Positions 28,810 through 38,642 of a DNA stretch of 42,456 bases are shown here, piece after piece (the first letter of the stretch is position 1; each line of letters starts with the position of its first letter). The DNA comes from a virus. The stretch is from the UHGV virus genome UHGV-0171500, one strand, 5' to 3'. The notes under the pieces were generated by a model. It saw only the letters and a program-made list of their open reading frames with translations. It did not search any database and had not been told where the DNA came from. Position numbers and translations under genes: made by a program.

Positions 28810-29033
28810 CCCTTAGGTGGATAAGGATCATTACCGTAACTATTGCGTTCTCGTATTCTACCGTCTCTACCATGAATGAATAACTCTGATTTACTTTTCT
28901 TGGCAGCTTCAGTTCCCCAATTAATTGCATCGCGCTGAGTAGAGAAGTTTTTAGAATTTTTTGAGGACCCTTCGGTTTTAACTCCCCATGAGCCATCGCT
29001 GTTATGGATTACATGTTTATTTGATTTACGCAT
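28806..29033 (-). CDS. DUF2188-like protein on minus strand (probable start MRKSNKHV)
   Basis: KHVIHNSDGSWGVKTEGSSKNSKNFSTQRDAINWGTEAAKK matches DUF2188 pattern; RBS GGGGGTGA. Confidence 0.5.
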   Translation of the reverse strand: MRKSNKHVIHNSDGSWGVKTEGSSKNSKNFSTQRDAINWGTEAAKKSKSELFIHGRDGRIRERNSYGNDPYPPKG

Positions 29034-29200
29034 TATTGATTCACCCCCAATCCAACGCAGTAGCGACAACAACATTATACACGAAAGGAATGGTTTTTAT
29101 GCCTGAACATATCCAACAAATGTTATTTGATTTCGCATTAGAAAGAGGATATATCGAAAAACTTTTAAAAATGAAAGAAGAGAAAGAAGAGGATGATAAA

Positions 29201-29376
29201 TGAAATATCTATTAAGTTACATGACGATGTTTATCGCAATGATCATCACATTACTTTTAGGAGGTGGTTTCTTTACGGTAATAGCATTTTCAATGTTAAC
29301 CCTTATTTTCAGCAGTTTCTTCTGGGAAAAGTGGCTTGAGATAACAAAAAAGACTGAAACTTGCGCCAACAAGTAA
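29201..29376 (+). CDS. Small membrane protein (58 aa, two TM helices)
   Basis: MKYLLSYMTMFIAMIITLLLGGGFFTVIAFSMLTLIFSSFFW; not in ORF track. Confidence 0.35.
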
Positions 29377-29437
29377 CAGTCAGAATCTAATCAAAATATA
29401 CAACTTAATTTAATCAAAATATACGGAGGTAGTCAAG

Positions 29438-29710
29438 TTGAGACACAAATTATTAAAAACGGCCAATGATTTAAATAAATTGATTTTGCATAGTGATGAA
29501 AAAGTGAAAGCAGAATTTCATACTTTTGATAATGGAGAAGTTGGTATTACCTTTTGGCACTATTCTCAAAAATATGAAAGTAATTGTAATCATCTGAATT
29601 TCTACGAATTTTTCACAGATGAAGAATTACAACAAAAATTTGAACTAGCAAAAGAAGTCATTGCAGGGGAGTGTTTGATTGATGAAAGAAACAGTGACAT
29701 ATCTAATTAA
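29438..29710 (+). CDS. Hypothetical early protein
   Basis: ORF. Confidence 0.35.
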   Translation: MRHKLLKTANDLNKLILHSDEKVKAEFHTFDNGEVGITFWHYSQKYESNCNHLNFYEFFTDEELQQKFELAKEVIAGECLIDERNSDISN

Positions 29711-29909
29711 ACTGAAAGACGCTCCTTTTGACTTGTATATCACTAATAAACCTAGTGCGAACTTTCCTACAATCAAATATTCAACAAGTAGTGGAGATGC
29801 TAAAGATTTTGACGGTTTAGATAAAACTGTTATTGACATGACAAAACACATAGCAATTAAAAAGACGGTAACTGAAACAACTAAATTTGAGGAGGTTGAG
29901 TATGACTGA
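29679..29909 (+). CDS. Hypothetical early protein
   Basis: ORF overlapping neighbours. Confidence 0.3.
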   Translation: MMKETVTYLIKLKDAPFDLYITNKPSANFPTIKYSTSSGDAKDFDGLDKTVIDMTKHIAIKKTVTETTKFEEVEYD

Positions 29910-30573
29910 AGAACTTAATTTATACCAAAAAATAGCTGACGTTAAAGCTAATATCGAAGGGTTTACAAAAGACACTAAAGGCTACAACTACAGTTACGTA
30001 AGTGGATCTCAAGTATTACACAGAATTAGAAACAAGATGATTGAACATAATCTATTACTCGTACCAAAAACATCAGATGAAAACTACAAGCAAATCGAGG
30101 TTACTAGATTTAACAAAAAAGCGTCTCGAGAAGTTACAACATCAGAGTTTGTTGTTGAGATGAAATTAACTTATTTATGGATTAATGCAGATAAACCAGA
30201 AGAACAACTTGAAGTGAACTTTTATTCTGTAGGTCAACAAGATGATGTATCGAAAGCACATGGTACGGCATTAACGTACGCAGAACGTTATTTCTTAATG
30301 AAATTCTTCAATATCCCAACTGATGAAGATGACGCAGACGCAAAACAAAAGCAAGAAAAGTACAACAAAGTAAGTAGTCAAACAGTCAGCGTTCTAAAAG
30401 AAGAAATACTTAAATTTGTCGACTTGATGAAATCGTTAGGAAAAGAAGTATCTCAACAACAAGCAGAACAAACTTTTGGCATACAAAACTATTCGTCAAT
30501 GTCAGAACAACAAGCAATCAATACAATCAACAAAATTCAAACAATGGCTAAAAAATATACGGAGGCGAAATAA
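29887..30573 (+). CDS. ERF-family single-strand annealing protein
   Basis: N-terminus LYQKIADVKANIEGFTKDTKGYNYSYVSGSQVLHRIRNKMIEHNLLLVP parallels P22 Erf; directly upstream of ssb. Confidence 0.65.
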   Translation: MRRLSMTEELNLYQKIADVKANIEGFTKDTKGYNYSYVSGSQVLHRIRNKMIEHNLLLVPKTSDENYKQIEVTRFNKKASREVTTSEFVVEMKLTYLWINADKPEEQLEVNFYSVGQQDDVSKAHGTALTYAERYFLMKFFNIPTDEDDADAKQKQEKYNKVSSQTVSVLKEEILKFVDLMKSLGKEVSQQQAEQTFGIQNYSSMSEQQAINTINKIQTMAKKYTEAK

Positions 30574-30992
30574 TGACTAACTTAACGATTTTGACAGGAC
30601 GTATCACTAAAGATTTAGAACTTAAACAAGCAGGACAAACACAAGTAACTAACTTCTCTATGGCAGTGGACAATCCATTCAAAAAAGATGACACATCATT
30701 CTTTGACATCGTAGCGTTTGGCAAAACTGCACAACTATTAAACGACTATTGCGGTAAGGGAAGCAAAGTTTTAATCGAAGGCAACTTGAAGCAAGACCGT
30801 TTCCAAGATAAAGAAGGTAACAATCGTTCAGTAGTACGAGTAATTGCTAACAGAATTGAATTTTTAGATAGCAAAGGTAGTAATCAACAAAATAGTCAAT
30901 CTCAACAACAAAGAGGACAAGCACCAGCAGGCAATAACCCGTTTGCAAATAACAACAATTCGAATATAGAAGATGACGATTTACCCTTTTGA
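30573..30992 (+). CDS. ssb: Single-stranded DNA-binding protein
   Basis: OB-fold N-terminus MTNLTILTGRITKDLEL, Q/N-rich linker and acidic DDDLPF tail. Confidence 0.9.
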   Translation: MTNLTILTGRITKDLELKQAGQTQVTNFSMAVDNPFKKDDTSFFDIVAFGKTAQLLNDYCGKGSKVLIEGNLKQDRFQDKEGNNRSVVRVIANRIEFLDSKGSNQQNSQSQQQRGQAPAGNNPFANNNNSNIEDDDLPF

Positions 30993-31167
30993 TAAGCCTA
31001 CAATAAGACAAATTGAGTACGCCGAATACTTGCAATCATTTTTAAGAATAGATGACGACTTATCAAAAATGAATAAGAGAGAAATAAGTAACTATATTAA
31101 TTTAATAAAACCTGAGGCAGAAAATATTATTGATGAATTGCAATCGCATACAGATATTGTTTGGTAG
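30973..31167 (+). CDS. Hypothetical protein
   Basis: ORF. Confidence 0.3.
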   Translation: MTIYPFDKPTIRQIEYAEYLQSFLRIDDDLSKMNKREISNYINLIKPEAENIIDELQSHTDIVW

Positions 31168-31175
31168 GTGATTGA

Positions 31176-31865
31176 GTGCCAATTATTAAAAATTACATCA
31201 CTGAAGATGACGGTACAACGACTGTAGTCATCAAAGGAGTAGAACTAGATAACAAAACATCATTGCTTTTAGACAACGGTTACGAAGTAGAAGCAGATGT
31301 AAGAGTTGTAGATCCATTCAAGATTACAGATAAGCAGCGTAGAAAAGTATTTGCTCTCTGTAACGACATAGAAGCTTACACAGGACAACCACGCGACTAT
31401 ATGAGGTATTTGTTCATGGATTACGTAGAAGTTCTCTATGGCTATGAAAAACACCTCTCATTGAGCGACTGCACAAGAGAACAAGCTAAACAAGTTATAG
31501 AAGTTATTCTCGACTGGGTGTTTCACAACAATATACCACTTAATTATAAGACGAGTGACTTACTCAAAAATGATAAAGCGTTCCTTTACTGGTCAACAGT
31601 CAATCGTAACTGTGTAATATGCGGAACACCACGTGCCGAACTTGCACATTATCACGCAGTAGGTCGAGGACGTAACAGACGAAAGATAGATCACACAGAT
31701 AACAAAGTATTAGCGCTATGTTCAAGACATCATAAAGAGCAGCACCAAATAGGAATGGACAGTTTTAATGAGAAATACAAATTACATGACAGTTGGGTGT
31801 CCGTAGATGAACGACTCAACCGAATGTTGAAAGGAGAAGTAAATGGCAGAAGTATCGTGGATTAA
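31176..31865 (+). CDS. DUF968-family protein with C-terminal HNH-like zinc-binding motif
   Basis: CVICGTPRAELAHYHAVGRGRNRRKIDHTDNKVLALCSRHHKEQH. Confidence 0.5.
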   Translation: MPIIKNYITEDDGTTTVVIKGVELDNKTSLLLDNGYEVEADVRVVDPFKITDKQRRKVFALCNDIEAYTGQPRDYMRYLFMDYVEVLYGYEKHLSLSDCTREQAKQVIEVILDWVFHNNIPLNYKTSDLLKNDKAFLYWSTVNRNCVICGTPRAELAHYHAVGRGRNRRKIDHTDNKVLALCSRHHKEQHQIGMDSFNEKYKLHDSWVSVDERLNRMLKGEVNGRSIVD

Positions 31866-32643
31866 ATTAAAAGTCGGAATGTTCGATGATAGCAAAATCA
31901 AGTATATAGAAGCATTGCCAGAACGAGATACAATCATCACTTTATGGGTTAAGTTACTGACATTAGCTGGAAAGTACAACGAACAAGGATACATTATGTT
32001 ATCCGAAAGTCTACCCTATAACGAAGAAATGTTAGCTAACGAATTTAATAGACCTATCAATTCAATAAGATTAGCGTTACAAACATTCGAAAAGCTAAGC
32101 ATGATTGAAGAAGTGAATGGTGTCTTTAAAGTAACTAATTGGGAAAAACATCAAAGCTTAGATAGTAAAAGTAAGCACAGAGAAAAGAACCGACTTCGAC
32201 AACAAAGATATAGAGAAAGACAAAAACAACTAGAGAATAACGTTACAGTAACGTTACGTAACGATACAGAAGAAGAATTAGAAGAAGAATATAAGAATAA
32301 GAAAAAGAATAAAGAAGATAGAAGTGACGACGTCTTTAAAAATTCAATTAATTACATCATGAATAACCTTGATAATAACTTAACTCCTCATCAGATGGAA
32401 CAGATAGGATATGCAGTTGATGATATTGGGGAACATGCAGATGAAGTTGTTGAGGTAGCTACTAATTATACAAAAGACAAAGGTTGTCATGCAGGTTACC
32501 TAATCAAAGTGTTAAACAACTGGGCTAAAGAGAACGTTAAGAATAAAAAAGAGGCTGAAAATAAAATTGAACCTAAAAATAAAAAATCTGTAACAGATGA
32601 TGTAATTGCTCAAATGGAGAAAGAGCTAGGAGATGAAAGTTAA
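31843..32643 (+). CDS. Replisome organizer / replication initiation protein (phage_rep_org_N + DnaD-like C-domain)
   Basis: WIKLKVGMFDDSKIKYIEALPERDTIITLWVKLLTLAGK is the phage_rep_org_N signature. Confidence 0.7.
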   Translation: MAEVSWIKLKVGMFDDSKIKYIEALPERDTIITLWVKLLTLAGKYNEQGYIMLSESLPYNEEMLANEFNRPINSIRLALQTFEKLSMIEEVNGVFKVTNWEKHQSLDSKSKHREKNRLRQQRYRERQKQLENNVTVTLRNDTEEELEEEYKNKKKNKEDRSDDVFKNSINYIMNNLDNNLTPHQMEQIGYAVDDIGEHADEVVEVATNYTKDKGCHAGYLIKVLNNWAKENVKNKKEAENKIEPKNKKSVTDDVIAQMEKELGDES

Positions 32644-33002
32644 TGCCTATGACTAAACAACAAGCCCTAGAAGTAATTAAGACAATTAGACATGTATACA
32701 ACATTGACTTTGACAGACCTAAATTAGAAACATGGGTTAACATTTTGAGCCAAAACGGGGATTATGAACCGACTAAAAAAACAGTAATGCAATATATCAA
32801 TGATGCTAATCCTTATCCACCTAGTATTCCAAACATAATGAGGAAAGAAGTCAAAGTCGTAAAAGAAGAACCTGTCGACGAAAAAACTGCTAGACATCGT
32901 TGGAGAATGAAAAATGATCCAGAATACGTAGCACAACGTAAAAAGATATTAGACGACTTCAGAAAGAAGTTAAGTGAGTTTGGAGTGAGTGACGATGAAT
33001 GA
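32643..33002 (+). CDS. Hypothetical replication-module protein
   Basis: ORF between organizer and helicase. Confidence 0.35.
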   Translation: MPMTKQQALEVIKTIRHVYNIDFDRPKLETWVNILSQNGDYEPTKKTVMQYINDANPYPPSIPNIMRKEVKVVKEEPVDEKTARHRWRMKNDPEYVAQRKKILDDFRKKLSEFGVSDDE

Positions 33003-34230
33003 ACGTCATGAAATCGAAAGTACAATCGTTGCTAGTTTACTTCAAAAACCGGACATAATTGAGAAGTTACGTGTGAGACCGGAAATGTTCTCACATGATG
33101 GTATGAAGTCATTTATGGAATATGTATTCGAAGTCGGTAAGGTAGATCATAACGAAATCTATTTAAAAACCACAAAAGATAAGTCATTCCTAGATATGGA
33201 CACCATTTCAAATTTGTATAACTCAAAATTTATAGGTTACGGATTCTTTGAAAGATATCAACAAGATTTGCTCAATCTTTATCAAATAGAGCGTACGCAA
33301 AACGTATTACAAGAATTCAATTCTGATCCGAATATACAAAATTTTGATGAAATGCTTAACAAACTACAAAAGGTCAGTTTAATTAGTGCAAGTGAAGAAA
33401 GTGGGACTAAAAAAATTGTAGATCACTTTGTCGAAGAATTATATAGCGAAGAACCAAAACAAAAAATCAATACAGGTTATAAACTGGTGGATTACAAAAT
33501 AGGTGGTTTAGAGCCTACACAGTTGATTGTAATCGCTGCGAGACCGTCAGTAGGTAAAACGGGGTTTGCGCTTAATATGATGCTTAATATAGCGTCTCAA
33601 GGCTATAAAACTTCATTCTTCAGTCTAGAGACAACTGGCGTGTCTGTATTGAAAAGGATGTTATCAGCAGAAACTGGGATAGAACTAACTCGTATCAAAG
33701 AAATTAAAGATTTAGAACCGGATGAATTAACACGTTTAACAACTGCAGCAGACAAAATACTCAAACTTGATATAGATATACACGATAAAAGCAATATTAC
33801 TACACATGATATACGTAAACAAGCGATGAAAAACAAAGATGTGCAACAGGTTATCTTCATTGACTACTTACAACTTATGCAGACAGACAGTAAGTTAGAT
33901 CGTCGTAATGGTATCGAAAAGATATCGCGAGATTTGAAGATTATTGCAAATGAAACAGGTGCAATTATTGTGTTGCTATCTCAATTGAGCAGAGGTGTAG
34001 AAACAAGAAATGACAAAAGGCCTATGCTATCTGACATGAAAGAAGCAGGTGGAATTGAAGCAGATGCAAGTTTAGCTATGTTGTTATATCGAGATGATTA
34101 CTACAACCGTGATGATGTTGATGACTCAGGCAAGTCAATTGTTGAATGTAACATCGCAAAGAATAAAGACGGAGAAACAGGTGTAGTTGAGTTTGAATAC
34201 TACAAGAAAACGCAGAGGTTCTTCACATGA
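32989..34230 (+). CDS. DnaB-family replicative helicase
   Basis: Walker A ARPSVGKTGFALNM, DnaB C-terminal motifs. Confidence 0.85.
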   Translation: MTMNERHEIESTIVASLLQKPDIIEKLRVRPEMFSHDGMKSFMEYVFEVGKVDHNEIYLKTTKDKSFLDMDTISNLYNSKFIGYGFFERYQQDLLNLYQIERTQNVLQEFNSDPNIQNFDEMLNKLQKVSLISASEESGTKKIVDHFVEELYSEEPKQKINTGYKLVDYKIGGLEPTQLIVIAARPSVGKTGFALNMMLNIASQGYKTSFFSLETTGVSVLKRMLSAETGIELTRIKEIKDLEPDELTRLTTAADKILKLDIDIHDKSNITTHDIRKQAMKNKDVQQVIFIDYLQLMQTDSKLDRRNGIEKISRDLKIIANETGAIIVLLSQLSRGVETRNDKRPMLSDMKEAGGIEADASLAMLLYRDDYYNRDDVDDSGKSIVECNIAKNKDGETGVVEFEYYKKTQRFFT

Positions 34231-34448
34231 AAGTAGTTGAATATCAAAAGTTGTTAGGCGTTATGTATCGAGAAGATTATCAAAACGACCCATTAATAGC
34301 TAAGACGCTTATTGAGTCAGGCTGGGCAGTTAAACGTTTGTTAGAAAACAAAACGATATCACCATTTGACGAATATGAAAAAGTTCAGGAGTTAATCATG
34401 AATGAAACGAAGTGGAGGCAACCAGATGGGACTTATCGACGGACTTAA
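34227..34448 (+). CDS. Hypothetical protein
   Basis: ORF. Confidence 0.3.
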   Translation: MKVVEYQKLLGVMYREDYQNDPLIAKTLIESGWAVKRLLENKTISPFDEYEKVQELIMNETKWRQPDGTYRRT

Positions 34449-34671
34449 AAAACAATATACGTTATATCAGATTGACGGTTGGAAGATGTGCAGTGTAACG
34501 CCGTTAGGAGAAGATACATTCAAACTAGGTAACTATGCAGGCATACATTTTCGAAACACATTCTCAGGAACAGTAACGAAAGATGAACTAGAAAAACTGA
34601 AACGCAAACATAAGCTTTTCAGAAAAGAAGAATTGCAACAACAGATGACAATTAACGAATTATTATTTTGA
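34402..34671 (+). CDS. Hypothetical protein
   Basis: ORF overlapping previous. Confidence 0.3.
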   Translation: MKRSGGNQMGLIDGLKKQYTLYQIDGWKMCSVTPLGEDTFKLGNYAGIHFRNTFSGTVTKDELEKLKRKHKLFRKEELQQQMTINELLF

Positions 34672-34680
34672 GGTGGAGTT

Positions 34681-35094
34681 TTGAGTAAATACAATTCTAA
34701 AAAAGTTGAATATAAAGGTTTTGTGTTCGATAGCAAAATTGAATGCGACTACTACCAACATTTAGAACGTAACTTAGGTGATGGATATGATCGTATCGAG
34801 TTGCAACCTAAGTATGAATTACAACCTAAATTTGATGGAAACAAACCTATTTATTATGTAGCAGATTTTGCTTTATGGAAAGACGACAAGTTGCTGGAAG
34901 TTATAGATGTAAAAGGTATGCCGACACCAGTAGCGAAGATGAAAGCGAAGATGTTCAGGTATCAAAACAGAGATATACCACTTACATGGATATGTGAAGC
35001 ACCTAAATATACAGGTCAAGAGTGGATAACGTATGAAGAACTATTAAAAGCACGCAGAAAGCGCAAAAAGGAGAAGAAGAATGGTAAAGATTAA
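34681..35094 (+). CDS. DUF1064 PD-(D/E)XK-type nuclease
   Basis: YYVADFAL...LEVIDVKG matches D...E-x-K catalytic core. Confidence 0.55.
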   Translation: MSKYNSKKVEYKGFVFDSKIECDYYQHLERNLGDGYDRIELQPKYELQPKFDGNKPIYYVADFALWKDDKLLEVIDVKGMPTPVAKMKAKMFRYQNRDIPLTWICEAPKYTGQEWITYEELLKARRKRKKEKKNGKD

Positions 35095-35545
35095 ACGAAA
35101 AGTAGCATTAGAACCTAAAGAATTTTTAAAGTATTTATTAAAAAAAGAAGAAACAACAGTAGAGTTAAACGGTTATACGAGTGATGGTGAAATATTTTCA
35201 TTCGAACCAGAAGTAACTATAAATGAATTTGTGAGTTATTACCCATATGACAATACTTACACGGTAGAAATCGAAGAAGAAGTTACGGAAGAAACAAAAC
35301 TCCCTAAATGTTTAGAAATTTCTTTTGATCGAAAAAGTGGCAGAGACGTGGCGGTCGTTCATGAAAATTGCTCGGTTAAACAATTAACTGATAGAAATCC
35401 TGAACATTCACTAGATATAAGAACTATCCATCTAGTAAACGATGACGGAACGGTTGAACTCATCTGGAAAGATGGCGAAATGGTAGGTGATGAGCAATGG
35501 CTAACAGAGAAGAAACAATTGAAGTTGAAGCGACACTCAAAGTGA
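35081..35545 (+). CDS. Hypothetical protein
   Basis: ORF. Confidence 0.3.
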   Translation: MVKIKRKVALEPKEFLKYLLKKEETTVELNGYTSDGEIFSFEPEVTINEFVSYYPYDNTYTVEIEEEVTEETKLPKCLEISFDRKSGRDVAVVHENCSVKQLTDRNPEHSLDIRTIHLVNDDGTVELIWKDGEMVGDEQWLTEKKQLKLKRHSK

Positions 35546-35688
35546 GATGTAAATATCCAGTATGGATAAACAATCATATTACGAGAGATGAAGAAAAAGA
35601 GCGGATTTTAGATTTAATCAGTAAGAACCCTGACAAAGAGTTGATGAGCGAAGATTTTAAACTAGTTGAATTAATAGAGGTGGAATAA
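35497..35688 (+). CDS. Hypothetical protein
   Basis: ORF. Confidence 0.25.
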   Translation: MANREETIEVEATLKVRCKYPVWINNHITRDEEKERILDLISKNPDKELMSEDFKLVELIEVE

Positions 35689-36048
35689 ATGGAAGCAACA
35701 AAAATGAGAGTTAAAAATAAATACTTCTCTATTACACCTAATGTAGTAGAGAAAATGAAAGAAGCAGATATCAATCCCGATATCTTAAGACAAAGATTAG
35801 CTTCTGGTTGGAAGTTTGAAGATGCAATAGAAGCTCCTTTGGGAGTAAGACGTAGTGAATGGGATAGTTTAAAACCTAAAGAGGACGGAATCGCTAGTTA
35901 TAAAGAGAGAATGGCACAACGTAGATTACAAGAGTTGAAACGTAAGAAACCACATTTATTCACAGTGCCTCAAAAACACCCTCGTGGTGAATGGTGCAAG
36001 CATCTTATGGAGAATGACATATTCCCTAGAAAGGTGGTTAGATCATGA
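35689..36048 (+). CDS. Hypothetical protein
   Basis: ORF. Confidence 0.3.
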   Translation: MEATKMRVKNKYFSITPNVVEKMKEADINPDILRQRLASGWKFEDAIEAPLGVRRSEWDSLKPKEDGIASYKERMAQRRLQELKRKKPHLFTVPQKHPRGEWCKHLMENDIFPRKVVRS

Positions 36049-36488
36049 GCATTAAAGATTTGATTATAGGCGATAGAATCAGAATCCAAGAAGTTAACGG
36101 TGTTGAAATTACAGTGCAAATAAAAAATGTTTATCGTTTAGTTCAGTCAAGTCTTGATATAGATAAATGGGTTGCTGATGTAGAAGCAATTGACGGGAGA
36201 ACTTGGACTATTGATGATTGTTATGATTTTTACTCATTACCTAATGGAAATGAAGGAACTAAAAAGACATTAGATGACAAGGTTAACCACCCGTCACATT
36301 ACACGTATGGAGAAATAGAAATAATGGATTTTATAGAGTAAGTCACTAAAGATTACAAACCAGAGTTAGCATTTGCAATTGGTAATGCAATTAAATATAT
36401 AAGTCGAGCTAATCGTAAGAACGGAAAAGAAGATTTAGACAAAGCACGTTGGTATCTAAACAGAGCATTTGAAAAGTGGGAGGGTTAA
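36045..36488 (+). pseudogene. DUF3310-family gene interrupted by an in-frame TAA (36342..36344) inside the conserved domain
   Basis: ...VNHPSHYTYGEIEIMDFIE-stop-VTKDYKPELAFAIGNAIKYISRANRKNGKEDLDKARWYLNRA; both halves in the same frame match the DUF3310 consensus. Confidence 0.5.
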
Positions 36489-36492
36489 TGAA

Positions 36493-36723
36493 ATGAGAAA
36501 CACATTGACAGATTTAAACAATCATTTATTTGCACAATTAGAAAGATTAAGCGATGAAGATTTAAAAGGCGAAGAATTAAAAGAGGAGTTACAAAGATCT
36601 AGTGCAGTTTCTAAAGTAGCTCAAAATATCATTAATAACGGCAGTTTAGTGCTGCAAGCACAAAAGTTTAAAGATGAAAAATTAGACGCAGAATCAGAAA
36701 TGCCTAAGTTGTTAGGAGAGTAA
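36493..36723 (+). CDS. Hypothetical protein
   Basis: Probable start MRNTLTDLN. Confidence 0.3.
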   Translation: MRNTLTDLNNHLFAQLERLSDEDLKGEELKEELQRSSAVSKVAQNIINNGSLVLQAQKFKDEKLDAESEMPKLLGE

Positions 36724-36728
36724 TAGCC

Positions 36729-37343
36729 ATGAGACATGTATGGACTGATGAGCATGAAAAATATATTCGAAATAACATCAAAGGTAAAACTAAGAAAGAA
36801 ATGACAGAAATGTTTAATAAGGAGTTTGGCACTGATGTTACTACAGATAAAATGAAAGGTTTTTGTTCGAGAAAAAGGATAAGAAGTGGGGTTGATTGTA
36901 AGTTTAAAAAAGGTGTGCCTTCTTGGAACAAAGGTAAAAGTTTTCCGTCCAGAGGTAGAAGCGCTGAAACTCAATTTAAGAAAGGACAAATGCCCGATAA
37001 CACATTTCCTTTAGGAACGATAAAAACCACTACTGATGGTTATAAGTTTATAAAAATCAAAAAACGAGGTTCTAAAAACGAATGCTGGAAACAATACACA
37101 CATTATTTATGGGAACAAAAGCACGGACCTGTGCCCAAAGGATATTGTTTAATACATTTGAATCAAAACAGGTCAGACTGTAGCGAAGAAAATATAGCAT
37201 TGGTAAGTCGTAAAGAATTAGTACGTATTAACAAACTTAATTTAACTTCAACTGATCGAAACTTAACTAAAGCAGGAATCAACTTTGTTAAATTATTAAA
37301 CAAACAAAAAGAAGTTAAGGACAAAATAAATGCTACTAAGTGA
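36729..37343 (+). CDS. Free-standing HNH_3-family homing endonuclease
   Basis: HYLWEQKHGPVPKGYCLIHLNQNRSDCSEENIALVSRKE canonical HNH_3 core. Confidence 0.7.
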   Translation: MRHVWTDEHEKYIRNNIKGKTKKEMTEMFNKEFGTDVTTDKMKGFCSRKRIRSGVDCKFKKGVPSWNKGKSFPSRGRSAETQFKKGQMPDNTFPLGTIKTTTDGYKFIKIKKRGSKNECWKQYTHYLWEQKHGPVPKGYCLIHLNQNRSDCSEENIALVSRKELVRINKLNLTSTDRNLTKAGINFVKLLNKQKEVKDKINATK

Positions 37344-37530
37344 TACGGTATCTCAACGATACAGATACAACACACAAGGTAAGACGCCTACAGAAATACA
37401 ACAGGAGTTACGACAGATAGGTGTTAAAGGCTTTGTGGTTAAAGTAGCAGGAAGCAGAGTGACGATGAAAGTTGAGAAAGAAAATATAAGAAAGAATAGG
37501 GAGTGTATGAGGAATGGCAGAAATAACTAA
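37330..37530 (+). CDS. Hypothetical protein
   Basis: ORF. Confidence 0.25.
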   Translation: MLLSDTVSQRYRYNTQGKTPTEIQQELRQIGVKGFVVKVAGSRVTMKVEKENIRKNRECMRNGRNN

Positions 37531-37798
37531 AGAACAATTATTAGAATTTATCAAGAATAAAGACTTAGATTTAGACGAAAGCTATCCGCGTAGTGATTGG
37601 TGGAAGTTCAGAGATGAACGTGACTCATACAAGAAACAACGTGATGAACTCATCAATGATATGGCAGAAATTAAAAAGAAGGCAGAGGCGTTTGATGAGA
37701 TATTGGAAACAGCAGAGGAAGACTGTTGGGCAAAAGAGTTCACAGCTTATGTATTTCAAATAATTGATAATTACAAGGAGACCAAACGTGAAGGATAA
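37514..37798 (+). CDS. Hypothetical protein
   Basis: ORF. Confidence 0.3.
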   Translation: MAEITKEQLLEFIKNKDLDLDESYPRSDWWKFRDERDSYKKQRDELINDMAEIKKKAEAFDEILETAEEDCWAKEFTAYVFQIIDNYKETKREG

Positions 37799-38006
37799 AG
37801 AATATAAACGTGCATGGCTAGAGTTAAAAGAAGAAATGCTTTGTCAATATCCGTTAATACTTCATATGACAAAAATGGCTGATGGTAAAGAAGACGAGGG
37901 CTCACTATTTCAATTAGGAGAATACCTTAAACGCATGGACGAACTCGACGGAACACATGAGTTTCAAAATTTATTAAGTGATTTGGAGGCTTGCAATGGA
38001 CAATAG
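37764..38006 (+). CDS. Hypothetical protein
   Basis: ORF. Confidence 0.3.
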   Translation: MIITRRPNVKDKEYKRAWLELKEEMLCQYPLILHMTKMADGKEDEGSLFQLGEYLKRMDELDGTHEFQNLLSDLEACNGQ

Positions 38007-38175
38007 AGAGTTTATCCAACGCTGCATAGTATCATCTACAGCTTTTACAGGACACGATGGGTGTTTACTAATCAAAGAGCTTAACGAAGTATATCGCAAG
38101 GCAGAGTTGTACGACAAAATAGTGGAAAATAATTCAAAGAGTTTAGTAGAAAATGGAGGAACAATAAATGACTAA
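37996..38175 (+). CDS. Hypothetical protein
   Basis: Probable start MDNREFIQR. Confidence 0.25.
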   Translation: MDNREFIQRCIVSSTAFTGHDGCLLIKELNEVYRKAELYDKIVENNSKSLVENGGTIND

Positions 38176-38593
38176 AGAACTAGAAATTAAATTATTATCA
38201 GAAAACGCGACTATGCCTAAGAGAGCAAATTCTACAGATAGCGGATTAGATTTGTATGTATCAGAAACAACAACAATCAAAGCAGGAGAAACAAAAGCAG
38301 TTAAAACAGACGTGGCTATTAATTTACCTCACGGATATGAGGCGCAAGTGAGACCTAGATCAGGTAAGTCGCTTAAAACAAAGTTACGTGTAGCATTAGG
38401 AACAATAGACCAAACATACAATAAAGAAATCGGTATTATCACAGATAATATAGGTAATGATGATATCACAGTAGAAAAAGGAGAAAGACTAGCACAGTTA
38501 GTTGTAGCACCAGTTGTATATCCTACACCCAAGCAGGTTGATTGGTTTGAAAAAGAAAGTGACAGAGGCGCATATGGAAGCACAGGAGAATAA
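38168..38593 (+). CDS. dut: Trimeric dUTPase
   Basis: 141 aa; GLDLY, RPRSG, G.IDQTY, ERLAQL and C-terminal RGAYGSTG motifs I-V. Confidence 0.9.
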   Translation: MTKELEIKLLSENATMPKRANSTDSGLDLYVSETTTIKAGETKAVKTDVAINLPHGYEAQVRPRSGKSLKTKLRVALGTIDQTYNKEIGIITDNIGNDDITVEKGERLAQLVVAPVVYPTPKQVDWFEKESDRGAYGSTGE

Positions 38594-38642
38594 AGATATA
38601 GTAGCAGAGATTAAAAGAATACTAGGTAAGGAGTGAGTGGGA

